A DNA stretch of 64,000 nt from Azolla caroliniana (lineage: Eukaryota > Plantae > Polypodiophyta). The notes below the pieces were generated by a model. It ran no database searches. It worked only from the letters and a program-made list of their open reading frames with translations, and was not told the origin of the DNA. How positions within the stretch are numbered: position 1 is the stretch's first letter; every line of letters begins with the position of its first letter. Shown here piece by piece: positions 11,453-23,794 of the stretch. The stretch spans positions 17,794,001 to 17,858,000 of the forward strand of contig JBHGNT010000009.1 in NCBI GenBank assembly GCA_043228905.1. The letters run 5' to 3'. The position numbers and the translations under genes were made by a program.

Positions 11453-12110
11453 TTGACCAACCTTTGCGAACCATTTTTCAGAATATAATCCGTTCATGTA
11501 ATATGTGATGTAAATATTGAATATGATAAGTCTCCACTATCTTTAAACACCATAACTGCTAAATTAGCTATATGGTTCTCGCTTCTTGTGCCCAACTAAT
11601 TTTAGTTATAATCGTGATTTCTCTAAAATAACAATATTCTAACAAAGGCCAACGTAAGATAGTGATTATTGAGCAATACTTAACATTGCTATTTCGAATA
11701 CCATAGGCTCAATAATAGAAAATTAATATGGTCTTATCGCATGTTGCATGCATTGGTAGTTTAGTGGTAGAATAGTACCCTCCCATGTACAGACTCGGGT
11801 TCAATTCCCGGCCAATGCAATGATGAAAACAAGGTTATTCAATCTTGGGATAGAAATTTCCCTCAGATACAATGTGGGACCATGTTCGACATCAAGAATC
11901 GTAAATGACCTTAAATTTTGCTGTAACGAAGAGAAATAATGTGAAGGAGAAATAAGGTGGTACTTACTTCTCAGGACATATTTTGTTTCCTTCTAAATTT
12001 ATCGGCGTCCAACAATACCACAACCATATTTAAACTATTTATTTTCTAACGTATATATCAAATTCGATACCTGAGAAGTGATATGAATTATCGGGTTTAA
12101 ATTTTGTTAT

Positions 12111-12181
12111 GCATTGGTGGTCTAGTGGTAGAATAGTACCCTGCCACGGTACAGACCCGGGTTCGATTCCCGGCCAATGCA
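12111..12181 (+). tRNA. tRNA-Gly(GCC), intact
   Basis: GCATTGGTGGTCTAGTGGTAGAATAGTACCCTGCCACGGTACAGACCCGGGTTCGATTCCCGGCCAATGCA; full cloverleaf, A and B boxes. Confidence 0.95.
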
Positions 12182-12202
12182 CTCACTAAAATTTGCGAAC
12201 CA

Positions 12203-12207
12203 TTTTT
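12203..12207 (+). terminator. Pol III oligo-T terminator (T5) about 22 nt after tRNA-Gly(GCC), repeated in core units
   Basis: CCATTTTTCAG downstream of the core GCC copies. Confidence 0.7.
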
Positions 12208-12478
12208 CAGAATATGAATCTCTTCATGTAATATATGATGTAAATATTGAATCTGATAAGTCTCCACTATCTTTAAAAACCAGAATTGCTAAATTAACTA
12301 TATGGTTCTCTCTTCTTGTGCCAAATTAATTTCTCTTATGATCGTGATTTCTCTAAAATAACAATATTCTAAGAAAGACCAACGTAAGCTGGTGATTATT
12401 GAGCAATACTTAGCATTGCTATTTCGAATACCACAGACTCAATAAAGAAAATTAACATGGTCTTATAGCGTGTTGCAT

Positions 12479-12549
12479 GCATTGGTAGTTTGGTGGTAGA
12501 ATAGTACCCTCCCACGGTATAGACTCAGGTCCAATTCCCGGCCAATGCA
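12479..12549 (+). pseudogene. tRNA-Gly(CCC) 'A' copy with broken T-loop (GGTCCAATT); same class at 13402, 14325, 15248, 16171, 17094, 18017, 18940, 20593, 21516, 22439, 24092
   Basis: T55C in the B-box plus T-stem and D-loop changes. Confidence 0.75.
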
Positions 12550-12671
12550 ATGATGAAAACAACGTTATTCAATCTTGGGAGAGAAATTTCCCTCAGATAC
12601 GATGTGAGACCATGTTCGACATCAACAAACTCAATAATAGAAAATTAACATGGTCTTATAGCGTGTTGCAT

Positions 12672-12742
12672 GCATTGGTAGTTTAGTGGTAGAATAGTAC
12701 CCTCCCACGGTACACACTCGGGTTCAATTCCCGGCCAATGCA
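12672..12742 (+). tRNA. tRNA-Gly(CCC)
   Basis: One variable-loop change from the CCC consensus. Confidence 0.8.
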
Positions 12743-13033
12743 ATGATGAAAACAAGGTTATTCAATCTTGGGATAGAAATTTCCCTCAGAAACAATGTGG
12801 GACCATGTTCGACATCAAGAATCGTAAATGACCTTAAATTTTGCTGTAACGATGAGAAATAATGTGAAGGAGAAATAAGGTGGTACTTACTTCTGAGGAC
12901 GTATTTTGTTTCCTTCTAAATTTATCGGCGTCCAACAATACCACAACCATATTTAAACTATTTATTTTCTAACGTATATATCAAATTCGATACCTGAGAA
13001 GTGATATGAAATATCGGGTTTAAATTTTGTTAT

Positions 13034-13104
13034 GCATTGGTGGTCTAGTGGTAGAATAGTACCCTGCCACGGTACAGACCCGGGTTCGATTCCCGGCCAA
13101 TGCA
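13034..13104 (+). tRNA. tRNA-Gly(GCC), intact
   Basis: Identical to the 12111 copy. Confidence 0.95.
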
Positions 13105-13594
13105 CTCACTAAAATTTGCGAACCATTTTTCAGAATATGAATCTCTTCATGTAATATATGATGTAAATATTGAATATGATAAGTCTCCACTATCTTTAAA
13201 AACCAGAATTGCTAAATTAACTATATGGTTCTCTCTTCTTGTGCCAAATTAATTTCTCTTATGATCGTGATTTCGATAAAATAACAATATTCTAAGAAAG
13301 ACCAACGTAAGCTGGTGATTATTGAGCAATACTTAGCATTGCTATTTCGAATACCACAGACTCAATAAAGAAAATTAACATGGTCTTATAGCGTGTTGCA
13401 TGCATTGGTAGTTTGGTGGTAGAATAGTACCCTCCCACGGTATAGATTCAGGTCCAATTCCCGGCCAATGCAATGATGAAAACAAGGTTATTCAATCTTG
13501 GGAGAGAAATTTCCCTCAGATACGATGTGAGACCATGTTCGACATCAACAAACTCAATAATAGAAAATTAACATGGTCTTATCGCATGTTGCAT

Positions 13595-13665
13595 GCATTG
13601 GTAGTTTAGTGGTAGAATAGTACCCTCCCACGGTACAGACTCGGGTTCAATTCCCGGCCAATGCA
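13595..13665 (+). tRNA. tRNA-Gly(CCC), intact consensus
   Basis: GCATTGGTAGTTTAGTGGTAGAATAGTACCCTCCCACGGTACAGACTCGGGTTCAATTCCCGGCCAATGCA; all stems pair. Confidence 0.88.
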
Positions 13666-13956
13666 ATGATGAAAACAAGGTTATTCAATCTTGGGATAGA
13701 AATTTCCCTCAGATACAATGTGGGACCATGTTCGACATCAAGAATTGTAAATGACCTTAAATTTTGCTGTAACGAAGAGAAATAATGTGAAGGAGAAATA
13801 AGGTGGTACTTACTTCTGAGGACGTATTTTGTTTCCTTCTAAATTTATCGGCGTCCAACAATACCACAACCATATTTAAACTATTTATTTTCTAACGTAT
13901 ATATCAAATTGGATACCTGAGAAGTGATATGAAATATCGGGTTTAAATTTTGTTAT

Positions 13957-14027
13957 GCATTGGTGGTCTAGTGGTAGAATAGTACCCTGCCACGGTACAG
14001 ACCCGGGTTCGATTCCCGGCCAATGCA
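13957..14027 (+). tRNA. tRNA-Gly(GCC), intact
   Basis: Identical to consensus. Confidence 0.95.
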
Positions 14028-14517
14028 CTCACTAAAATTTGCGAACCATTTTTTAGAATATGAATCTCTTCATGTAATATTTGATGTAAATATTGAATAT
14101 GATAAGTCTCCACTATCTTTAAAAACCAGAATTGCTAAATTAACTATATGGTTCTCTCTTCTTGTGCCAAATTAATTTCTCTTATGATCGTGATTTCTCT
14201 AAAATAACAATATTCTAAGAAAGCCCAACGTAAGCTGGTGATTATTGAGCAATACTTAGCATTGCTATTTCGAATACCACAGACTCAATAAAGAAAATTA
14301 ACATGGTCTTATAGCGTGTTGCATGCATTGGTAGTTTGATGGTAGAATAGTACCCTCCCACGGTACAGACTCAGGTCCAATTCCTGGCCAATGCAATGAT
14401 GAAAACAAGGTTATTCAATCTTGGGAGAGAAATTTCCCTCAGATACGATGTGAGACCATGTTCGATATCAACAAACTCAATAATAGAAAATTAACATGGT
14501 CTTATTGCATGTTGCAT

Positions 14518-14588
14518 GCATTGGTAGTTTAGTGGTAGAATAGTACCCTCCCACGGTACAGACTCGGGTTCAATTCCCGGCCAATGCA
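14518..14588 (+). tRNA. tRNA-Gly(CCC), intact consensus
   Basis: Identical to the 13595 copy. Confidence 0.88.
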
Positions 14589-14879
14589 ATGATGAAAACA
14601 AGGTTATTCAATCTTCGGATAGAAATTTCCCTCAGATACAATGTGGGACCATGTTCGACATCAAGAATCGTAAATGACCTTAAATTCTGTTGTAACGATG
14701 ATAAATAATGTGAAGGAGAAATAAGGTGGTACTTACTTCTGAGGACGTATTTTGTTTCCTTCTAAATTTATCGGCGTCCAACAATACCACAACCATATTT
14801 AAACTATTTATTTTCTAACGTATATATCAAATTGGATACCTGAGAAGTGATATGAAATATCGGGTTTATATTTTGTTGT

Positions 14880-14950
14880 GCATTGGTGGTCTAGTGGTAG
14901 AATAGTACCCTGCCACGGTACAGACCCGGGTTTGATTCCCGGCCAATGCA
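14880..14950 (+). tRNA. tRNA-Gly(GCC), B-box C56T variant
   Basis: One substitution in the T-loop. Confidence 0.65.
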
Positions 14951-15440
14951 CTCACTAAAATTTGCGAACCATTTTTCAGAATATGAATCTCTTCATGTAA
15001 TATATGATGTAAATATTGAATATGATAAGTCTCCACTATCTTTAAAAACCAGAATTGCTAAATTAACTATATGGTTCTCTCTTCTTGTGCCAAATTAATT
15101 TCTCTTATGATCGTGATTTATCTAAAATAACAATATTCTAAGAAAGGCCAACGTAAGCTGGTGATTATTGAGCAATACTTACCATTGCTATTTCGAATAC
15201 CGCCGACTCAATAAAGAAAATTAACATGGTCTTATAGCGTGTTGCATGCATTGGTAGTTTAGTGGTAGAATAGTACCCTCCCACGGTACAGACTCAGGTC
15301 CAATTCCTGGCCAATGCAATGATGAAAACAAGGTTATTCAATCTTGGGAGAGAAATTTCCCTCAGATACGATGTGAGACCATGTTCAACATCAACAAACT
15401 CAATAATAGAAAATTAACATGGTTTTATCGCATGTTGCAT

Positions 15441-15511
15441 GCATTGGTAGTTTAGTGGTAGAATAGTACCCTCCCACGGTACAGACTCGGGTTCAATTCC
15501 CGGCCAATGCA
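15441..15511 (+). tRNA. tRNA-Gly(CCC), intact consensus
   Basis: Identical to the 13595 copy. Confidence 0.88.
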
Positions 15512-15802
15512 ATGGTGAAAACAAGGTTATTCAATCTTGGGATAGAAATTTCCCTCAGATACAATGTGGGACCATGTTCGACATCAAGAATCGTAAATGA
15601 CCTTAAATTTTGCTGTAACGAAGAGAAATAATGTGAAGGAGAAATAAGGTGGTACTTACTTCTGAGGACGTATTTTGTTTCCTTCTAAATTTATCGGCGT
15701 CCAACAATACCACAACCATATTTAAACTATTTATTTTCTAACGTATATATCAAATTGGATACCTGAGAAGTGATATGAAATATCGGGTTTAAATTTTGTT
15801 AT

Positions 15803-15873
15803 GCATTGGTGGTCTAGTGGTAGAATAGTACCCTGCCACGGTACAGACCCGGGTTCGATTCCCGGCCAATGCA
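15803..15873 (+). tRNA. tRNA-Gly(GCC), intact
   Basis: Identical to consensus. Confidence 0.95.
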
Positions 15874-16363
15874 CTCACTTAAATTTGCGAACCATTTTTC
15901 AGAATATGAATCTCTTCATGTAATATATGATGTAAATATTGAATATGATAAGTCTCCACTATCTTTAAAAACCAGAATTGCTAAATTAACTATATGGTTC
16001 TCTCTTCTTGTGCCAAATTAATTTCTCTTATGATCGTGATTTCTCTAAAATAACAATATTCTAAGAAAGGCCAACGTAAGCTGGTGATTATTGAGCAATA
16101 CATAGCATTGCTATTTCGAATACCACAGACTCAATAAAGAAAATTAACATGGTCTTATAGCGTGTTGCATGCATTGGTAGTTTGGTGGTAGAATAGTACC
16201 CTCCCACGGTACAGACTCAGGTCCAATTCCCGGCCAATGCAATGATGAAAACAACGTTATTCAATCTTGGGAGAGGAATTTCCCTCAGATACGATGTGAG
16301 ACCATGTTCGACATCAACAAACTCAATAATAGAAAATTAACATGGTCTTATCGCATGTTGCAT

Positions 16364-16434
16364 GCATTGGTAGTTTAGTGGTAGAATAGTACCCTCCCAC
16401 GGTACAGACTCGGGTTCAATTCCCGGCCAATGCA
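16364..16434 (+). tRNA. tRNA-Gly(CCC), intact consensus
   Basis: Identical to the 13595 copy. Confidence 0.88.
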
Positions 16435-16725
16435 ATGGTGAAAACAAGGTTATTCAATCTTGGGATAGAAATTTCCCTCAGATACAATGTGGGACCATAA
16501 TCGACATCAAGAATCGTAAATGACCTTAAATTTTGTTGTAACGAAGAGAAATAATGTGAAGGAGAAATAAGGTGGTACTTACTTCTGAGGACGTATTTTG
16601 TTTCCTTCTAAATTTATTGGCGTCCAACAATACCACAACCATATTTAAACTATTTATTTTCTAACGTATATATCAAATTGGATACCAGAGAAGTGATATG
16701 AAATATCGGGTTTAAATTTTGTTAT

Positions 16726-16796
16726 GCATTGGTGGTCTAGTTGTAGAATAGTACCCTGCCACGGTACAGACCCGGGTTCGATTCCCGGCCAATGCA
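16726..16796 (+). tRNA. tRNA-Gly(GCC), D-loop G18T variant
   Basis: One substitution in the A-box. Confidence 0.65.
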
Positions 16797-17286
16797 CTCA
16801 CTAAAATTTGCGAACCATTTTTCAGAATATGAATCTCTTCATGTAATATATGATGTAAATATTGAATATGATAAGTCTCCACTATCTTTAAAAACCAGAA
16901 TTGCTAAATTAACTATATGGTTCTCTCTTCTTGTGCCAAATTAATTTCTCTTATGATCGTGATTTCTCTAAAATAACAATATTCTAAGAAAGCCCAACGT
17001 AAGCTGGTGATTATTGAGCAATACATAGCATTGCTATTTCGAATACCACAGACTCAATAAAGAAAATTAACATGGTCTTATAGCGTGTTGCATGCATTGG
17101 TAGTTTGGTGGTAGAATAGTACCCTCCCACGGTACAGACTCAGGTCCAATTCCCGGCCAATGAAATGATGAAAACAACGTTATTCAATCTTGGGAGAGGA
17201 ATTTCCCTCAGATACGATGTGAGACCATGTTCGACATCAACAAAGTCAATAATAGAAAATTAACATGGTCTTATCGCATGTTGCAT

Positions 17287-17357
17287 GCATTGGTAGTTTA
17301 GTGGTAGAATAGTACCCTCCCACGGTACAGACTCGGGTTCAATTCCCGGCCAATGCA
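17287..17357 (+). tRNA. tRNA-Gly(CCC), intact consensus
   Basis: Identical to the 13595 copy. Confidence 0.88.
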
Positions 17358-17648
17358 ATGATGAAAACAACGTTATTCAATCTTGGGATAGAAATTTCCC
17401 TCAGATACAATGTGGGACCATGTTCGACATCAAGAATCGTAAATGACCTTAAATTTTGTTGTACCGATGAGAAATAATGTGACGGAGAAATAAGGTGGTA
17501 CTTACTTCTGAGGATGTATTTTGTTTCCTTCTAAATTTATCGGCGTCCAACAATACCACAACCATATTTAAACTATTTATTTTCTAATGTATATATCAAA
17601 TTGGATCTCTGAGAAGTGATATGAAATATCGGATTTATATTTTGTTAT

Positions 17649-17719
17649 GCATTGGTGGTCTAGTGGTAGAATAGTACCCTGCCACGGTACAGACCCGGGT
17701 TCGATTCCCGGCCAATGCA
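17649..17719 (+). tRNA. tRNA-Gly(GCC), intact
   Basis: Identical to consensus. Confidence 0.95.
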
Positions 17720-19132
17720 CTCACTAAAATTTGTGAACCATTTTTCAGAATATGAATCTTTTCATGTAATATATGATGTAAATATTGAATATGATAAGTC
17801 TCCACTATCTTTAAAAACCAGAATTGCTAAATTAACTATATCGTTCTCTCTTCTTGTGCCAAATTAATTTCTCTTATTATCGTGATTTCTCTAAAATAAC
17901 AATATTCTAAGAAAGGCCAACGTAAGCTGGTGATTATTGAGCAATACTTAGCATTGCTATTTCGAATACCACAGACTCAATAAAGAAAATTAACATGGTC
18001 TTATAGCGTGTCGCATGCATTGGTAGTTTGGTGGTAGAATAGTACCCTCCCACGGTACAGACTCGGGTCCAATTCCCGGCCAATGCAATGATGAAAACAA
18101 CGTTATTCAATCTTGGGAGAGAAATTTCCCTCAGATACGATGTGGGACCATGTTCGACATCAACAAACTCAATAATAGAAAATTAACATGGTCTTATCGC
18201 ATGTTGCATGCATTGGTAGTTTAGTGGTAGAATAGTACCCTCCCACGGTACAGACTTGGGTTCAATTCCCGGCCAATGCAATGATGAAAACAAGGTTATT
18301 CAATCTTGGGATAGAAATTTCCCTCAGATACAATGTGGGACCATGTTCGACATCAAGAATCGTAAATGACCTTAAATTTTGCTGTAACGAAGAGAAATAA
18401 TGTGAAGGAGAAATAAGGTGGTACTTACTTCTGAGGACGTATTTTGTTTCCTTCTAAATTTATCGGCGTCCAACAATACCACAACCATATTTAAACTATT
18501 TATTTTCTAACGTATATATCAAATTGGATACCTGAGAAGTGATATGAAATATCGGGTTTATATTTTGTTATGCATTGGTGGTCTAGTGGTAGAATAGTAC
18601 CCTGCCACGGTTAAGACCCGGGTTCGATTCCCGGCCAATGCACTCACTAAAATTTGCGAACCATTTTTCAGAATATGAATCTCTTCATGTAATCTATGAT
18701 GTAAATATTGAATATGATAAGTCTCCACTGTCTTTAAAAACCAGAATTGCTAAATTAACTATATCGTTCTCTCTTCTTGTGCCAAATTAATTTCTCTTAT
18801 GATCGTGATTTCTCTAAAATAATAATATTCTAAGAAAGGCCAACGTAAGCTGGTGATTATTGAGCAATACTTACCATTGCTATTTCGAATACCACAGAGT
18901 GAATAAAGAAAATTGACATGGTCTTATAGCGTGTTGCATGCATTGGTAGTTTAGTGGTAGAATAGTACCCTCCCACGGTACAGACTCAGGTCCAATTCCC
19001 GGCCAATGCAATGATGAAAACAAGGTTATTCAATCTTGGGAGAGAAATTTCCCTCAGATACGATGTGAGACCATGTTCCCCATCAACACACTCAATAATA
19101 GAAAATTAACATGGTCTTATCGCATGTTGCAT

Positions 19133-19203
19133 GCATTGGTAGTTTAGTGGTAGAATAGTACCCTCCCACGGTACAGACTCGGGTTCAATTCCCGGCCAAT
19201 GCA
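19133..19203 (+). tRNA. tRNA-Gly(CCC), intact consensus
   Basis: Identical to the 13595 copy. Confidence 0.88.
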
Positions 19204-19494
19204 ATGATGAAAACAAGGTTATTCAATCTTGGGATAGAATTTTCCCTCAGATACAATGTGGGACCATGTTCGACATCAAGAATCGTAAATGACCTTAAAT
19301 TCTGTTGTAACGATGAGAAATAATGTGAAGGAGAAATAAGTTGGTACTTACTTCTGAGGACGTATTTTGTTTCCTTCTAAATTTATCGGCGTCCAACAAT
19401 ACCACAACCATATTTAAACTATTTATTTTCTAACGTATATAGCAAATTGGATACTTGAGAAGTGATATGAAATATCGGGTTTAAATTTTGTTAT

Positions 19495-19565
19495 GCATTG
19501 GTGGTCTAGTGGTAGAATAGTACCTTGCCACGGTACAGACCCGGGTTCGATTCCCGGCCAATGCA
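19495..19565 (+). tRNA. tRNA-Gly(GCC), C32T variant
   Basis: Tolerated anticodon-loop change. Confidence 0.88.
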
Positions 19566-20224
19566 CTCACTAAAATTTGCGAACCATTTTTCAGAATATG
19601 AATCTCTTCATGTAATATATGATGTAAATATTGAATATGATAAGTCTCCACTATCTTTAAAAACCAGAATTGCTAAATTAACTATATGGTTCTCTCTTCT
19701 TGTGCCAGATTAATTTCTCTTATGATCGTGATTTCTCTAAAATAACAATATTCTAAGAAAGGCTAACGTAAGCTGGTGATTATTGAGCAATACTTACCAT
19801 TGCTATTTCGAATACCACAGACTCAATAAAGAAAATTAACATGGTCTTATATCGTGTTGCATGCATTGGTAGTTTAGTGGTAGAATAGTACCCTCCCACG
19901 GTACAGACTCGGGTTTAATTCTCGGCCAATGCAATGATGAAAACAAGGTTATTCAATCTTGGGATAGAAATTTCCCTCAGATACAATGTGGGACCATGTT
20001 CGACATCAAGAATCGTAAATGACCTTAAATTTTGCTGTAACGATGAGAAATAATGTGAAGGAGAAATAAGGTGGTACTTACTTCTGAGGACGTATTTTGT
20101 TTCCTTCTAAATTTATCGGCGTCCAACAATACCACAACCATATTTAAACTATTTATTTTCTAACGTATATATCAAATTGGATACCTAAGAAGTGATATGA
20201 AATATCGGGTTTAAATTTTGTTAT

Positions 20225-20295
20225 GCATTGGTGGTCTAGTGGTAGAATAGTACCCTGCCACGGTACAGACCCGGGTTCGATTCCCGGCCAATGCA
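20225..20295 (+). tRNA. tRNA-Gly(GCC), intact
   Basis: Identical to consensus. Confidence 0.95.
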
Positions 20296-22631
20296 CTCAC
20301 TAAAATTTGTGAACCATTTTTCAGAATATGAATCTTTTCATGTAATATATGATGTAAATATTGAATATGATAAGTCTCCACTATCTTTAAAAACCAGAAT
20401 TGCTAAATTAACTATATCGTTCTCTCTTCTTGTGCCAAATTAATTTCTCTTATTATCGTGATTTCTCTAAAATAACAATATTCTAAGAAAGGCCAACGTA
20501 AGCTGGTGATTATTGAGCAATACTTAGCATTGCTATTTCGAATACCACAGACTCAATAAAGAAAATTAACATGGTCTTATAGCGTGTCGCATGCATTGGT
20601 AGTTTGGTGGTAGAATAGTACCCTCCCACGGTACAGACTCGGGTCCAATTCCCGGCCAATGCAATGATGAAAACAACGTTATTCAATCTTGGGAGAGAAA
20701 TTTCCCTCAGATACGATGTGGGACCATGTTCGACATCAACAAACTCAATAATAGAAAATTAACATGGTCTTATCGCATGTTGCATGCATTGGTAGTTTAG
20801 TGGTAGAATAGTACCCTCCCACGGTACAGACTTGGGTTCAATTCCCGGCCAATGCAATGATGAAAACAAGGTTATTCAATCTTGGGATAGAAATTTCCCT
20901 CAGATACAATGTGGGACCATGTTCGACATCAAGAATCGTAAATGACCTTAAATTTTGCTGTAACGAAGAGAAATAATGTGAAGGAGAAATAAGGTGGTAC
21001 TTACTTCTGAGGACGTATTTTGTTTCCTTCTAAATTTATCGGCGTCCAACAATACCACAACCATATTTAAACTATTTATTTTCTAACGTATATATCAAAT
21101 TGGATACCTGAGAAGTGATATGAAATATCGGGTTTATATTTTGTTATGCATTGGTGGTCTAGTGGTAGAATAGTACCCTGCCACGGTTAAGACCCGGGTT
21201 CGATTCCCGGCCAATGCACTCACTAAAATTTGCGAACCATTGTTCAGAATATGAATCTCTTCATGTAATCTATGATGTAAATATTGAATATGATAAGTCT
21301 CCACTGTCTTTAAAAACCAGAATTGCTAAATTAACTATATCGTTCTCTCTTCTTGTGCCAAATTAATTTCTCTTATGATCGTGATTTCTCTAAAATAATA
21401 ATATTCTAAGAAAGGCCAACGTAAGCTGGTGATTATTGAGCAATACTTAGCATTGCTATTTCGAATACCACAGACTCAATAAAGAAAATTAACATTGTCT
21501 TATAGCGTGTTGCATGCATTGGTAGTTTAGTGGTAGAATAGTACCCTCCCACGGTACAGACTCAGCTCCAATTCCCGGCCAATGCAATGATGAAAACAAG
21601 GTTATTCAATCTTGGGAGAGAAATTTCCCTCAGATACGATGTGAGACCATGTTCCCCATCAACACACTCAATAATAGAAAATTAACATGGTCTTATCGCA
21701 TGTTGCATGCATTGGTAGTTTAGTTGTAGAATAGTACCCTCCCACGGTACAGACTCGGGTTCAATTCCCGACCAATGCAATGATAAAAACAAGGTTATTC
21801 AATCTTGGGATAGAAATTTCCCTCAGATACAATGTGGGACCATGTTCGACATCAAGAATCGTAAATGACCTTAAATTTTGCTGTAACGAAGAGAAATAAT
21901 GTGAAGGAGAAATAATGTGGTACTTACTTCTGAGGACGTATTTTGTTTCCTTCTAAATTTATCGGCGTCCAACAATACCACAACCATATTTAAACTATTT
22001 ATTTTCTAACGTATATATCAAATTGGATACCTGAGAAGTGATATGAAATATCGGGTTTAAATTTTGTTATGCGTTGGTGGTCTAGTGGTAGAATAGTACC
22101 CTGCCACGGTACAGACCCGGGTTCGATTCTCGGCCAATGCACTCACTAAAATTTGCGAACCATTTTTCAGAATATGAATCTCTTCATGTAATATATGATG
22201 TAAATATTGAATATGATAAGTCTCCACTATCTTTAAAAACCAGAATTGCTAAATTAACTATATGGTTCTCTCTTCTTGTGCCAAATTAATTTCTCTTATG
22301 ATAGTGTTTTCTCTTAAATAACAATATTCTAAGAAAGGCCAACGTAAGCTGGTGATTATTGAGCAATACTTACCATTGCTATTTCGAATACCACAGAGTG
22401 AATAAAGAAAATTGACATGGTCTTATAGCGTGTTGCATGCATTGGTAGTTTAGTGGTAGAATAGTACCCTCCCACGGTACAGACTTGGGTCCAATTCCCG
22501 GCCGATGCAATGATGAAAACAAGGTTATTCAATCTTGGGAGAGAAATTTCCCTCAGAAACGATGTGAGACCATGTTCGACATCAACAAACTCAATAATAG
22601 AAAATTAACATGGTCTTATCGCATGTTGCAT

Positions 22632-22702
22632 GCATTGGTAGTTTAGTGGTAGAATAGTACCCTCCCACGGTACAGACTCGGGTTCAATTCCCGGCCAATG
22701 CA
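22632..22702 (+). tRNA. tRNA-Gly(CCC), intact consensus
   Basis: Identical to the 13595 copy. Confidence 0.88.
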
Positions 22703-22993
22703 ATGATGAAAACAAGGTTATTCAATCTTGGGATAGAATTTTCCCTCAGATACAATGTGGGACCATGTTCGACATCAAGAATCGTAAATGACCTTAAATT
22801 CTGTTGTAACGATGAGAAATAATGTGAAGGAGAAATAAGTTGGTACTTACTTCTGAGGACGTATTTTGTTTCCTTCTAAATTTATCGGCGTCCAACAATA
22901 CCACAACCATATTTAAACTATTTATTTTCTAACGTATATAGCAAATTGGATACTTGAGAAGTGATATGAAATATCGGGTTTAAATTTTGTTAT

Positions 22994-23064
22994 GCATTGG
23001 TGGTCTAGTGGTAGAATAGTACCTTGCCACGGTACAGACCCGGGTTCGATTCCCGGCCAATGCA
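22994..23064 (+). tRNA. tRNA-Gly(GCC), C32T variant
   Basis: Same variant as the 19495 copy. Confidence 0.88.
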
Positions 23065-23723
23065 CTCACTAAAATTTGCGAACCATTTTTCAGAATATGA
23101 ATCTCTTCATGTAATATATGATGTAAATATTGAATATGATAAGTCTCGACTATCTTTAAAAACCAGAATTGCTAAATTAACTATATGGTTCTCTCTTCTT
23201 GTGCCAGATTAATTTCTCTTATGATCGTGATTTCTCTAAAATAACAATATTCTAAGAAAGGCTAACGTAAGCTGGTGATTATTGAGCAATACTTACCATT
23301 GCTATTTCGAATACCACAGACTCAATAAAGAAAATTAACATGGTCTTATATCGTGTTGCATGCATTGGTAGTTTAGTGGTAGAATAGTACCCTCCCACGG
23401 TACAGACTCGGGTTTAATTCTCGGCCAATGCAATGATGAAAACAAGGTTATTCAATCTTGGGATAGAAATTTCCCTCAGATACAATGTGGGACCATGTTC
23501 GACATCAAGAATCGTAAATGACCTTAAATTTTGCTGTAACGATGAGAAATAATGTGAAGGAGAAATAAGGTGGTACTTACTTCTGAGGACGTATTTTGTT
23601 TCCTTCTAAATTTATCGGCGTCCAACAATACCACAACCATATTTAAACTATTTATTTTCTAACGTATATATCAAATTGGATACCTAAGAAGTGATATGAA
23701 ATATCGGGTTTAAATTTTGTTAT

Positions 23724-23794
23724 GCATTGGTGGTCTAGTGGTAGAATAGTACCCTGCCACGGTACAGACCCGGGTTCGATTCCCGGCCAATGCA
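23724..23794 (+). tRNA. tRNA-Gly(GCC), intact
   Basis: Identical to consensus. Confidence 0.95.

Noticed and set aside
10979-11497. 172-aa minus-strand ORF with 18-aa repeats
   Set aside because: It is the translation of the 54-bp LTR repeat.
13666-13819. snoR43/U43 orthologue downstream of tRNA-Gly
   Set aside because: The 18S-complementary guide I recall for this family (ACGGGCGG) is not present; only a generic C/D possibility is kept as a low-confidence finding.
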